DNA of 20,000 nucleotides, taken from the IMG/VR virus record IMGVR_UViG_3300049489_000458; one strand, written 5' to 3'. Shown here piece by piece: positions 7,786 to 16,713 of this stretch (positions within the stretch are counted from its first letter, which is position 1; every line of letters starts with the position of its first letter). The DNA is from an uncultured virus (IMG/VR IMGVR_UViG_3300049489_000458) (Duplodnaviria > Heunggongvirae > Uroviricota > Caudoviricetes). The notes beneath the pieces were generated by a model. That model saw nothing but the letters and a program-made list of their open reading frames with translations. It searched no databases and had not been told where the DNA came from. The position numbers and the translations under genes were made by a program.

Positions 7786-9061
7786 ATACTAATTCCAAAT
7801 TGTATGGAGCTATAATCTTATCATATTCAGGATTCGTGTCTGCCTCTTGAACATGAATTAGCCGAACATCTCCCATAATATATTTCTTTGTTGATTCAAA
7901 GACCACTTGTGCTGATAGGCTTTGTTGAACGCCAATACTTAGTGCATAGGAATCCAATCCTGAGAGACTTGGTGCATTATAAATCTGTACTCCACTCTTA
8001 GTTGTAATATGGAAATGGCAATGCGTATGCCCTAATAACCACAACATGACTTCTTCTTTCTTTAGTCGTAACTGAGACACATTAAAGTCCGAAACAGCAG
8101 TTCCCAATGTCTTCGTATTAACCGTTGTTCCGGGATTACCTAATGGTCCTGAGAACATTAAGTGACCATGAGTCATAGCCGCTCTGCCAGCAGGTAATTG
8201 AAAATCCTGATACAAAGTATGGCTTGCGTGAAATGTAACGTTTTTAGTCTCTTTATGTGCGATACTGATAGCGTAAAAGATTTGGCCTTCAATGCTATCA
8301 TAAATCTGATTAAGGACTCGACCACCCTCACGACGATGAGGCGAATCCCCATGATTACCTGTACTAAAGTATACTTTTACGTTCTTATAAGACTTAGCAC
8401 AATGAGATATTGCATTAGTAAAAATATGAACAGCGCCGTTAAACTGATGAGTTAGCATATGTAAATCGCTACCTTCAAGGCCATGTATGATTCCCGCAAT
8501 CAAATCGCCGTTAAGAAGAAGATGTAGATTTTCAACTTCATCACGTTTCTCAAGTTTAAATTTACATACTTCATCAATAAAAAACGCAATACGCCGACTT
8601 GCTATTTCAAAGTTAAACTCATTAAGCCCATCTACTTCACGTTTGCTAACCTTTAGACCAATATGTGTATCATTAAGCATAGCGACATTATCACGAGTTC
8701 GTTCAACTTGGGTGGTCTTGGGTTTATATGAAACAACTTTAACTGGCTTAACCTTATCTAAAATAGCAGTACGAATATCAAGTTCAATGGTTTTTTTATC
8801 ACCAAGTTCTTTTTCCAACTTTTTAACATAAGCGCCTAGATCTTTATATTGCTTAATTAATACCAAATCCTTATCATCCTGGGGATAATTAGATTTAATA
8901 TTACTAAGACCGCCAAACTTGCGTAGATTCCATTCAGTAATACGATCATCAACTTTAGATAATTGACCAACTGTAACTTGCTGGGGATGAAGATTTTCAG
9001 CATTAGCAACACTTTTAAGAATAGAAACTAGATAATCAATCGTCATTTCTTTTTTAGACAT
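7775..9061 (-). CDS. Calcineurin-like metallophosphoesterase with N-terminal HTH-like and coiled-coil extension
   Basis: Five motifs: NDTHIG, NGDL, GNHG, THGH, GHTH. Confidence 0.85.
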   Translation of the reverse strand: MSKKEMTIDYLVSILKSVANAENLHPQQVTVGQLSKVDDRITEWNLRKFGGLSNIKSNYPQDDKDLVLIKQYKDLGAYVKKLEKELGDKKTIELDIRTAILDKVKPVKVVSYKPKTTQVERTRDNVAMLNDTHIGLKVSKREVDGLNEFNFEIASRRIAFFIDEVCKFKLEKRDEVENLHLLLNGDLIAGIIHGLEGSDLHMLTHQFNGAVHIFTNAISHCAKSYKNVKVYFSTGNHGDSPHRREGGRVLNQIYDSIEGQIFYAISIAHKETKNVTFHASHTLYQDFQLPAGRAAMTHGHLMFSGPLGNPGTTVNTKTLGTAVSDFNVSQLRLKKEEVMLWLLGHTHCHFHITTKSGVQIYNAPSLSGLDSYALSIGVQQSLSAQVVFESTKKYIMGDVRLIHVQEADTNPEYDKIIAPYNLELVYAK

Positions 9062-9281
9062 TCTTTTTTCCTTTAAGATTTACAATTTTTTCATGTTCAA
9101 AGAACTCAGTATAATACTTAACTCTTACATCTTCAAGTTTCATCACCGTTTCCCAAATACCATTATACTCTAGCCTATTATATAGCGTATCACATATAGA
9201 GTCAAGTTCTAGTAATAGTGTTCGAAGCTCTTTAACTCGTTTCTCTGCCTTCTTATACTCTAAACCGTATATTACACTCAT
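9054..9281 (-). CDS. Hypothetical helical protein
   Basis: ATGA overlap with the polymerase stop codon. Confidence 0.6.
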   Translation of the reverse strand: MSVIYGLEYKKAEKRVKELRTLLLELDSICDTLYNRLEYNGIWETVMKLEDVRVKYYTEFFEHEKIVNLKGKKNV

Positions 9282-11797
9282 ACTAATTTCTCTCTATTTT
9301 TCTTAAGATGATATTTCTCAAATTGAGATATATCGATTACATTCTCCAGGATCTTTAGTGTGTTATATACACGTTCAACGTAATGCCATTTATCGTGGTC
9401 CTGGTTGTATAGTTCGACAAATTTAAGAATACAATTATCTATCATTTTAGGAATACCTTTCTTAGAGAAAATGAGTTCGCCCTTAGCACTGTCTTGTATC
9501 TCTCCAGCTATTGCTTGATATAGATATACTTTGTCGCCACCTTGAATGCCACTTATAATTCCATTTTTAATAGCATCCTGACATGCTGTAAAGATTTTAG
9601 CTTCATTAAGTCGTTTAGCGTTTAATACAGAATCGGTAATTGTTTTCTTCATTTTCCAGTCATGCACATTAAATTTAAAGGCAACCTCTTTACAACATTC
9701 ATTATAAAATCCAACTAGTTCTTTCTCTTTTTCAATTTTATCGGCATACAAAAGAACAGAAATTAGTTCTTCAAGTAACCGAAGCAATCGTGGTTCCTTT
9801 TTTTGATCAGTAAGCGATGACCCTTTGTACTTAACTTTACCTTTACGAACTAAAACATAGTTTTTAGCTTTAACCACAATGATCTTATCAAAAATACCAT
9901 CTTCCCCATCTTTTTCCCAACTAATAAGACTAGGATAAAGCGAATTAAGATCTTTAAGTTCTTTATCAAATTCAGCTTTAGTAGGAAGAATCCCATTTGT
10001 ATAACTAAAACTATCAGTATCAACGTTAACAAGGGTATAACCCAAACCATCTCCAACTTTGTCACCAATGATCCAATGAAATCTTTCTTCTTCATCTTCA
10101 GTACCTTCATTACGAGTTGATTTGACTACTTTAGTTAATGTATGACCAATAAACGCTTCTACTCCTTTAAGGAGAATCTCTCTACCATATCTAGTAACTT
10201 CAGCAGCTCCAACCGGATAATTGAATAAAAGGTATCCGGCTCCCATAAACCCATACATTGAGTTAATCATAATTTTCTGTGCATTTTGAAGATCATCATA
10301 ATACTTATCACCAGTCTCTTTAGCCTTCTTTTTATTAGCTAAACGCTCATTACGAAAGTATTCAAGCATCTTAAGCATATTACGTTCAGGATCTTTTTTC
10401 TTATCGTAAATTTCGTATTGAAGCATAATAGAGGGGTACAGACTAGCCACGTCTACTTTTCTCACGTTTTCATATATTCCAGGTACTCCCATTGATATAG
10501 CACCTTCAAACTCTTCTTTCTTTGAACTTCGAGGTAAGGATTGACCTTCTTGGAGGTATGATCTAATCATTAAACTATCTAGTTGAGATCCTGATGCTTC
10601 ACATATCATTTGCTGTAAAGTCTTAGGTACCGATTGACATAGATAAAAGAAAGATGGAATCATAAGATCAAACATTTTAATTGGGCTATCACTATCATCT
10701 GCACAATACTGTCGGAACTGTTCCCATATTTCGTTATTACCAGCTTTTTTGGCTTCAATTAATTTCTTAACTGACCACTTAGTAAAATCCCAACTACGAT
10801 CTTCTTTTACAAAACCAAGATACTTTTCAATAGCTTTAAGTCCATAACTAGGAAATTCTCTAGCAATATCATACTTTAGTGATAGAAAAAATGTATCGAC
10901 AACTTCTCGTCCATTGATATATACATTATGGAATTCGTATTGTTGTGAACTGTCTTTACGAATCTTAGATACCTTTTCTTCAAAAAAGATACGCCCACCA
11001 TCTTTACCCCAATTTAAACCAGTTGAATTCTTATCGAGATAAGGTAGATCATAAGATAGGATATTGTGGCCTAGTATTACATCAGGATTACAGGTTTGAA
11101 TATGTTTATTAATATCTTGCCACATTAACTTTTGATCGGCGTATTCAAATACATCGAACATTCGTTTTTGAATTTGACCTTTTTTATCCCTATAGGTAGA
11201 AGATACAAGTGGGACAAATGCAATAGGATCATTTTTATCTAGGCTAGTAGCTTCTATATCAAACGATAATAGTGAAACGTCACTGACCTTCATTCCTTTA
11301 TAGTAAGTCATGCCAGAACGCAGCATAAAGCCTTCAGCAGCAGTTCTAGGTGTCCATATACGAGGATTCCAATTGTCCTTAAGCATATAGAACTGATCTT
11401 CTGGTAGATCTTTAATATACTTATAGTATTGATGACCTTTTAGACGAGTACAACCATCATCATAATTACAACCAATAGCCCAGTTAAAATACTCTTGAAT
11501 ATCTACAGAACCATCAGACTTATATATAAAGACTTGTTCATTATCAACCGTAATATTGGTGACATTTTCAGTTCCGTCTTTACCAAAGATAAGAGGATCG
11601 TATTTTGTTATTTTAGGCAGAGTAATATTTGATCTAATGGTAATTTCAGGATGAACATGTGCGATAAATTCACCTGCTGAAAGCTTAAGCCAACCTTCCG
11701 CATCCTTACCGCAAAGTTGAGCACCAATTCCTTCTTCATTAAGATAAGAATTAAAATCCACCCATTCGGCTTTAGTATTAATCCAGACTTCTTGCAT
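9278..11797 (-). CDS. polB: Family B DNA polymerase with 3'-5' exonuclease domain
   Basis: ExoI FDIE, ExoII GHNILSYDLPYL, ExoIII YCADD; motif A DVASLYPSIM, motif B KIMINSMYG, motif C VDTDS, KNY. Confidence 0.95.
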   Translation of the reverse strand: MQEVWINTKAEWVDFNSYLNEEGIGAQLCGKDAEGWLKLSAGEFIAHVHPEITIRSNITLPKITKYDPLIFGKDGTENVTNITVDNEQVFIYKSDGSVDIQEYFNWAIGCNYDDGCTRLKGHQYYKYIKDLPEDQFYMLKDNWNPRIWTPRTAAEGFMLRSGMTYYKGMKVSDVSLLSFDIEATSLDKNDPIAFVPLVSSTYRDKKGQIQKRMFDVFEYADQKLMWQDINKHIQTCNPDVILGHNILSYDLPYLDKNSTGLNWGKDGGRIFFEEKVSKIRKDSSQQYEFHNVYINGREVVDTFFLSLKYDIAREFPSYGLKAIEKYLGFVKEDRSWDFTKWSVKKLIEAKKAGNNEIWEQFRQYCADDSDSPIKMFDLMIPSFFYLCQSVPKTLQQMICEASGSQLDSLMIRSYLQEGQSLPRSSKKEEFEGAISMGVPGIYENVRKVDVASLYPSIMLQYEIYDKKKDPERNMLKMLEYFRNERLANKKKAKETGDKYYDDLQNAQKIMINSMYGFMGAGYLLFNYPVGAAEVTRYGREILLKGVEAFIGHTLTKVVKSTRNEGTEDEEERFHWIIGDKVGDGLGYTLVNVDTDSFSYTNGILPTKAEFDKELKDLNSLYPSLISWEKDGEDGIFDKIIVVKAKNYVLVRKGKVKYKGSSLTDQKKEPRLLRLLEELISVLLYADKIEKEKELVGFYNECCKEVAFKFNVHDWKMKKTITDSVLNAKRLNEAKIFTACQDAIKNGIISGIQGGDKVYLYQAIAGEIQDSAKGELIFSKKGIPKMIDNCILKFVELYNQDHDKWHYVERVYNTLKILENVIDISQFEKYHLKKNREKLV

Positions 11798-12012
11798 TAT
11801 TTGTTATCCTTATATAAACGTAATGTATCAAGTAGAAATACTATATATATCACAATACAAGAGCAAAAAGATCCAGATACAAGTAAATTATCAAGAGTTC
11901 GATGCCTCAATATAGTATCGAGAAGTCCCATAAGACCGAACATACCGCACATAATTAGCGCAGGAAATAATGACCAAGTTAATAGAAGAAATCGCTTTGT
12001 GCTATTTTTCAT
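11797..12012 (-). CDS. Small membrane protein with two hydrophobic segments
   Basis: Two hydrophobic stretches; TAATG coupling to the polymerase; start 12012 or 12030. Confidence 0.55.
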   Translation of the reverse strand: MKNSTKRFLLLTWSLFPALIMCGMFGLMGLLDTILRHRTLDNLLVSGSFCSCIVIYIVFLLDTLRLYKDNK

Positions 12013-12265
12013 CTTCAGGTTCCCATTCATATACTAAATTAAGTGAATTAACTGGAGCTTCAACTCTTTTGCCTTTTAAAAAGAATTTAGGTGTCATTGA
12101 TTGAAATTCATCATACTCACATTGTACTTCATCCCAAGTCTTGTATCCTGGAGGTATCATACCTAATTCTTCAACTACATCTAGTATCTGTTTAGCAAAA
12201 TCAGCATGAGGTTGAGTTCCTATTAGTTTATTATAAATTTTATCAATCATTTCACTTCGTTTCAT
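12002..12265 (-). CDS. Hypothetical phage protein (MKRSEM...GMIPP...WEPE)
   Basis: GAGGA RBS; coupled ORF. Confidence 0.65.
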   Translation of the reverse strand: MKRSEMIDKIYNKLIGTQPHADFAKQILDVVEELGMIPPGYKTWDEVQCEYDEFQSMTPKFFLKGKRVEAPVNSLNLVYEWEPEDEK

Positions 12266-12362
12266 TGTTCAATTCCTCTCTAATCTTCATAAGATTCCAG
12301 GATATTACGAATGTGTTATACCATATACCACATAAAAACCCTACTATAAGTGAATCTGTCAT
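12252..12362 (-). CDS. 36-aa putative membrane peptide MTDSLIVGFLCGIWYNTFVISWNLMKIREELNNETK
   Basis: Translated by hand; fills the gap between two genes; AGGA RBS; below the ORF-track cutoff. Confidence 0.55.
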   Translation of the reverse strand: MTDSLIVGFLCGIWYNTFVISWNLMKIREELNNETK

Positions 12363-12364
12363 AA

Positions 12365-12973
12365 TTATCGTCCTAACTTTTTAAATTCATAAATTTGTTT
12401 GATTTTACTTAAAAATTCATCAATTGAATAATCTAATTTGGATCTATTACAAGGTTCACAGCATGGAACACAATTGCTTAAAATATAACCTTTGTTACTA
12501 TCAACTCGATCTATTCCATTAGCTTTAATCCAAGCTCGATCAATTGATTCTTGTCGAATTGCTTTAGATTTATTTCCATCTGTTACATAAGTATTATAAT
12601 CTTTTGGGGGAGTATTACAATAAAAACAATTTTTAGAAATTAAATCTCTAAATTGTGGTCTAGATAATTTAAAAGATATACCAGTCTTTTTAGCTCGATG
12701 TCTATATGTTGTATATAATACATTATGAGAAACTTCTCCAGATGCAATTCTCATTCTATCTATAACCATACAACCGCAACTTTGTGTACGATTTAATTTA
12801 CTTCTACTGAGTTTTTTAATTATACCACATTTACATCTTACTTTATATAATAAAGAACCGTCTTTATCTTTTAATTTGAGTAAACTTAGAACAGTAAATG
12901 CATTAACTTTAATTCCAAGTTTTAGAGGTTTAATCCTCCAATTAAATATCCCAGTCACTTTTTTTAGCTCCAT
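12365..12973 (-). CDS. Free-standing HNH-like homing endonuclease
   Basis: CKCG...SCGC N-terminal domain; CFYC...GIDRVDSNKGY..SNCVPCCEPCNRSK. Confidence 0.85.
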   Translation of the reverse strand: MELKKVTGIFNWRIKPLKLGIKVNAFTVLSLLKLKDKDGSLLYKVRCKCGIIKKLSRSKLNRTQSCGCMVIDRMRIASGEVSHNVLYTTYRHRAKKTGISFKLSRPQFRDLISKNCFYCNTPPKDYNTYVTDGNKSKAIRQESIDRAWIKANGIDRVDSNKGYILSNCVPCCEPCNRSKLDYSIDEFLSKIKQIYEFKKLGR

Positions 12974-14900
12974 TCTTACGATCTCTTAATTCTGAAAGTT
13001 CATTTTTACCCTGACCATCTAAAGCGTAAATTTCACCTTGCTTACCATTCCATCTAAAATCTAAACTAAAATTTTCACCTAAATCATTCTTCAGGATATT
13101 TACTGTCATAAATTTATCTGTATTATTCTCCAAAGGAGAAAATCCTTCACGATAAATACCAATAATAATCCTGAAACTTTGTGCAAGAAATGATGATCCC
13201 TTAATGTTAGAATAAGATACAATAGGACTAGACATATCTCCCGACATTTTATTAGGTTGAACTAAAGTAATCAAACAAATATCTAGTTCATTAACCAAGT
13301 TTTGAAGTTCACCAGCAATTCGTTTACTTGAAGCTGTGTCATCTGGAATAGTAGTAAAGATTCGTTCAAAATAATCGATCATAACCATTTTAATCTTTTC
13401 ACCAGATTCTTCTTGGCATTTTAGAATATAGTTCTTTAGTTCTTCAACAGTAGACATTGACTTATCATATAAAAATACATTACCAAAATTCTCTTCGACT
13501 TGTTTTAAAATCTCAGCATCTTTATCTTCTTTATAAATCTTATAAAGTTCATCTCGACTAAGACCTGTAAGTTTATAAAGAATCTTTTCATGCATACGAG
13601 TTGCTGACATATCAAAAGATGCAAATACTGTTTTAATTCCGGCAATAGATGTATTTCTAAGGATCTCCAATGCTAGACTAGATTTACCTGAACCGGGAGC
13701 GCCTAATAAAGCCACATTAGCTCCAGTAGATAAAAATAATTTACTATCTAACAAGGGAATCCCAGTTTTAATTGTATTTTTATCAATATTTTTAACATAA
13801 CTTTTAAATTTATTATTCACATCAGCAATAAATTTAGGTTTATATCGTAGGGATTCTGTAAGACCAAATTTCTTTGCTGTTTCTTGCAACAATTTACTAT
13901 TCTCAACAGAATATGTTCCACCTTTCCAACTAGGATGATATATCACATTAACTACTTGATCAAAAATCTCACTTTTAGATCTTTTTGGAATATTATAGAT
14001 CTCAGATCTTTTCTCATTAACACTCTTGAGCATATAATAAGCATCCTGCTTATCAAATCCCACATATTTATAAGTTGAACATAAAATCATCATACCTTCA
14101 TTACCGTCACTCGGTGGTATGAATCCTTGCTGAAGAACATACTTCAAATCAGTCAGATAAAACGGCTTCTTACTAAAATCAATAGTATGAGAAATTTCTT
14201 CTTCACTCTTAACTACAACCTTTTCTTTCGGCTTTATCTTCAATAATGCTTCAGGAAACTTAATCTTTTTAACAGCACTCTTTACCGTCTTAACTTTAGC
14301 CTTTTGCTTAATAACCTCAACCGTATCATATAGATCATCAGGATCTAGTGGTGTCTTATATAATCCTGTCGTATTATGTTTAGTTCCATCTACTCTGAAT
14401 ATACGAGATGCGTTGTATAGGGTAGTGTCCCAGGTGCCAAGGTCGCCAGCCAGTGCCTCTGCGACCGCTTTATGTTCAATAGGTGTCAAGTCCTTATCGT
14501 GATATACAACGACTGAGAATCCTTTACCACCAGAAAATGAAACATGTACATCATTTACATCTATTCCACTTTCAATCAATCGTTCAACTACTTTAATTGT
14601 ATCTTCTTTAGCCAAATTAAGATCGGTTTTGTGATCAAAATCAAAGCCAATAATGTTGGTGACAACATCTTCAACTCCTTTAACCCCTTTGATTCTTTTA
14701 TATTTAGTTAGCTTACCTGTAACTTTATCAAGTTTCTCTGCATCAATGATAGTTTCAGCTTCAAGTTTTTGCTGCTCACTATATTTATATACAGATAGAT
14801 AATAATCCTGATCTTTATTAATAAAATCATAAACATTGGCATTTTCAGGAATGAGTTTGCCTATTGCCTCTAGCCCATCAGTCAGTCGTTGATACATCAT
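12942..14900 (-). CDS. AEP-type primase fused to a DnaB-like SF4 helicase
   Basis: FDFD, SFSGGKGF, D..LY...RIFRV (AEP); GAPGSGKS Walker A, MIDY Walker B, LVQ, IKGSS (SF4). Confidence 0.88.
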   Translation of the reverse strand: MMYQRLTDGLEAIGKLIPENANVYDFINKDQDYYLSVYKYSEQQKLEAETIIDAEKLDKVTGKLTKYKRIKGVKGVEDVVTNIIGFDFDHKTDLNLAKEDTIKVVERLIESGIDVNDVHVSFSGGKGFSVVVYHDKDLTPIEHKAVAEALAGDLGTWDTTLYNASRIFRVDGTKHNTTGLYKTPLDPDDLYDTVEVIKQKAKVKTVKSAVKKIKFPEALLKIKPKEKVVVKSEEEISHTIDFSKKPFYLTDLKYVLQQGFIPPSDGNEGMMILCSTYKYVGFDKQDAYYMLKSVNEKRSEIYNIPKRSKSEIFDQVVNVIYHPSWKGGTYSVENSKLLQETAKKFGLTESLRYKPKFIADVNNKFKSYVKNIDKNTIKTGIPLLDSKLFLSTGANVALLGAPGSGKSSLALEILRNTSIAGIKTVFASFDMSATRMHEKILYKLTGLSRDELYKIYKEDKDAEILKQVEENFGNVFLYDKSMSTVEELKNYILKCQEESGEKIKMVMIDYFERIFTTIPDDTASSKRIAGELQNLVNELDICLITLVQPNKMSGDMSSPIVSYSNIKGSSFLAQSFRIIIGIYREGFSPLENNTDKFMTVNILKNDLGENFSLDFRWNGKQGEIYALDGQGKNELSELRDRKNGAKKSDWDI

Positions 14901-14917
14901 TTATTCCCTCCAATTAT

Positions 14918-14946
14918 ATTATACTAAACTATTCCCCATAATGCAA
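14918..14946 (-). promoter_or_regulatory. Sigma70-type promoter of the replication operon
   Basis: TTGCAT-N17-TATAAT directly after the terminator and upstream of a GGAGG RBS. Confidence 0.8.
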
Positions 14947-14949
14947 GAT

Positions 14950-14981
14950 AAAAAAAAGAGCCTCAGCGTAACTGAGGCTCT
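14950..14981 (-). terminator. Rho-independent terminator
   Basis: Minus strand AGAGCCTCAG-TTACG-CTGAGGCTCT perfect 10-bp stem followed by a T run. Confidence 0.9.
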
Positions 14982-15009
14982 CGAAAACCAAAAGAGGGGA
15001 GATTTTGAT

Positions 15010-15357
15010 TTATTCTTTTTCGACTCGGGGAGGAGGCAATTGAACTTTATAACGAAGCCATTTATGTGCATTTTTAGCTGTCTCACGACGTTCTTCAATC
15101 TTATCATCGCCAATAACGCCGTTCTTATATAGACCTTCAACTTCTTCAACTGGACTGACCATAACACCTGTGCGATACTTATTAAGTGATACAGGTTCGC
15201 CTTTATAAAGAACCGTAATATCTTCATTAAGTTTAAAGTCCAAACGAGTAAGAGGATTACCGCTTGAATCTTTAATTACATTACCGGCTTTATCTTTAAC
15301 TTCATTCTTAGTGATAATACCTAGTTCTGGCCAACGCTTACTTTTCGGATTGCTCAT
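15010..15357 (-). CDS. Hypothetical protein; candidate non-canonical ssDNA-binding protein
   Basis: Last gene of the exonuclease-ERF operon; AGGAG RBS; beta-rich N-terminus; function inferred from context only. Confidence 0.55.
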   Translation of the reverse strand: MSNPKSKRWPELGIITKNEVKDKAGNVIKDSSGNPLTRLDFKLNEDITVLYKGEPVSLNKYRTGVMVSPVEEVEGLYKNGVIGDDKIEERRETAKNAHKWLRYKVQLPPPRVEKE

Positions 15358-15697
15358 CTACCTTTTCTCCTTGTTTAATTTGTTCCATACGATCATATGC
15401 ATATCGCATAACTTTTCCTTTATTATACATAACTTGTTGGCAAATGTCAAACAGTTGTTGTTCCTGTTTACCAAGAAGTTCCACTTGCTCAAGTGGCTCA
15501 AAAAGAACCGCCTCAAGTACCCGACTAACTGAATGTTTTTTACGATCCGCCAAAGCGAAAGTCAATCGACGAAACTCTTTATGTGCGCTATTAATAAATA
15601 ACGCAGCTTGTTCTGTCTCATCTGAGGATTCTACAGTTTCAGCTCCGGCTGCAACAGCGGCAGTTTCAACTATATCCTGGGATAGCGGTTCACTCAT
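15338..15697 (-). CDS. Hypothetical protein
   Basis: ATGA overlap with ERF; AGGAG RBS. Confidence 0.65.
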   Translation of the reverse strand: MSEPLSQDIVETAAVAAGAETVESSDETEQAALFINSAHKEFRRLTFALADRKKHSVSRVLEAVLFEPLEQVELLGKQEQQLFDICQQVMYNKGKVMRYAYDRMEQIKQGEKVDEQSEK

Positions 15698-16248
15698 AGG
15701 TCATCTCCTGATTCTACATTAGTTGATCCTGAAGCCATTGAACCTTGTTGAACTTTAGCTGGACGACGAAATGAAGGGCGTTCAGTTGTCGGAATTGGAA
15801 CAGTCGTTGTTACTTTAGTTTCGACTACTGTAGGCTTTACTGTTGTATGTTTGTGACGATCCATTGCTTTTTCAGAATCGTCATCTTCGGCCCCAATGCA
15901 CAGAAAAGATTGCAATCCATATCGTCTCGAATACGAAAGTCCCGAACCGTGAGCTTGAGGATCATTAATTTTTGAAGTAACAACTTCGGTTAATGAAGAA
16001 AGAAACTCTCCACTTTCATGGAGAAGCGTAGTTTCAACATAATTCTTTCCATCTACAACGGTAGTAGGTTGAAGAACCGTAATTCCGTTCTTATTTAAGA
16101 CAGGAAGACTTGCTTCACGAATAGCATTTAGATCACTAAACTTACTTTTGAAAAAAGGATTCACCGTTCCTTTAACTGCATTACCCATTTCACTTTGTGA
16201 TTTAAGCAAAGCTAGGGAAATATTTTTAATTGATTCGGATTTATTCAT
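15694..16248 (-). CDS. erf: ERF-family ssDNA annealing protein
   Basis: NPFFKSKFSDL, T.LLHESGE, PQAHGSGLSYSRRYGL....IG.EDDD; probable start MNKSES at 16248 with AGGAG RBS. Confidence 0.92.
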   Translation of the reverse strand: MNKSESIKNISLALLKSQSEMGNAVKGTVNPFFKSKFSDLNAIREASLPVLNKNGITVLQPTTVVDGKNYVETTLLHESGEFLSSLTEVVTSKINDPQAHGSGLSYSRRYGLQSFLCIGAEDDDSEKAMDRHKHTTVKPTVVETKVTTTVPIPTTERPSFRRPAKVQQGSMASGSTNVESGDDL

Positions 16249-16249
16249 A

Positions 16250-16558
16250 CTACTTTTCACTCCTATTTTTCTCAAACAAATATTTACGACTCTCTTTATC
16301 TTTAATAATAATCATACCAACCGCTTTATCCTGAAAAGGTCGAACTTCAACGACAGTTGCCTGTTTTGTATCTAGATCATATTTAATCTTAACAATCAGG
16401 AATTGTCTGCTTGTTGTAGAAGGATCTTGAATAACGTCATATGTAACATTACTAAGCGTCGTAGTAATAGCTTGCTGTTCTTCCTCTACCGTTTCTTTTT
16501 GTTTACGATTAAACAATTTATTACGCAACTCTTCAACTGTATCTTTAGCTTTACTCAT
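16250..16558 (-). CDS. Hypothetical protein
   Basis: AGGGG RBS; coupled ORF. Confidence 0.65.
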   Translation of the reverse strand: MSKAKDTVEELRNKLFNRKQKETVEEEQQAITTTLSNVTYDVIQDPSTTSRQFLIVKIKYDLDTKQATVVEVRPFQDKAVGMIIIKDKESRKYLFEKNRSEK

Positions 16559-16713
16559 TTATTCCCCTTTTTAAGTTTATCTTCTAGAAGTTTAACACGA
16601 CGTTCCAATAATGTCAATTGTTTTTGTAATTCATTTACTTGTCGAGTATTATCCCCTGATGTATTATTATCAAAGAATGAAGTAAATTTACGTTTAGGTT
16701 CATTTTGATTCAT
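16555..16713 (-). CDS. 52-aa coiled-coil protein MNQNEPKRKFTSFFDNNTSGDNTRQVNELQKQLTLLERRVKLLEDKLKKGNK
   Basis: Translated by hand; ATGA overlaps at both ends; leucine heptads; not in the ORF track. Confidence 0.75.
   Translation of the reverse strand: MNQNEPKRKFTSFFDNNTSGDNTRQVNELQKQLTLLERRVKLLEDKLKKGNK

Noticed and set aside
12340..12380. Duplicated helicase C-terminus after the HNH gene, analogous to the nrdJ case
   Set aside because: I could not read any DWDI-like remnant in the spacer.
4931..15227. Nested minus-strand alternative-frame ORFs (4931-5152, 5654-5842, 9850-10110, 14919-15227)
   Set aside because: They lie inside nrdJ, polB or another gene in a different frame. The last one crosses the terminator and promoter. 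None has a convincing RBS or motif.
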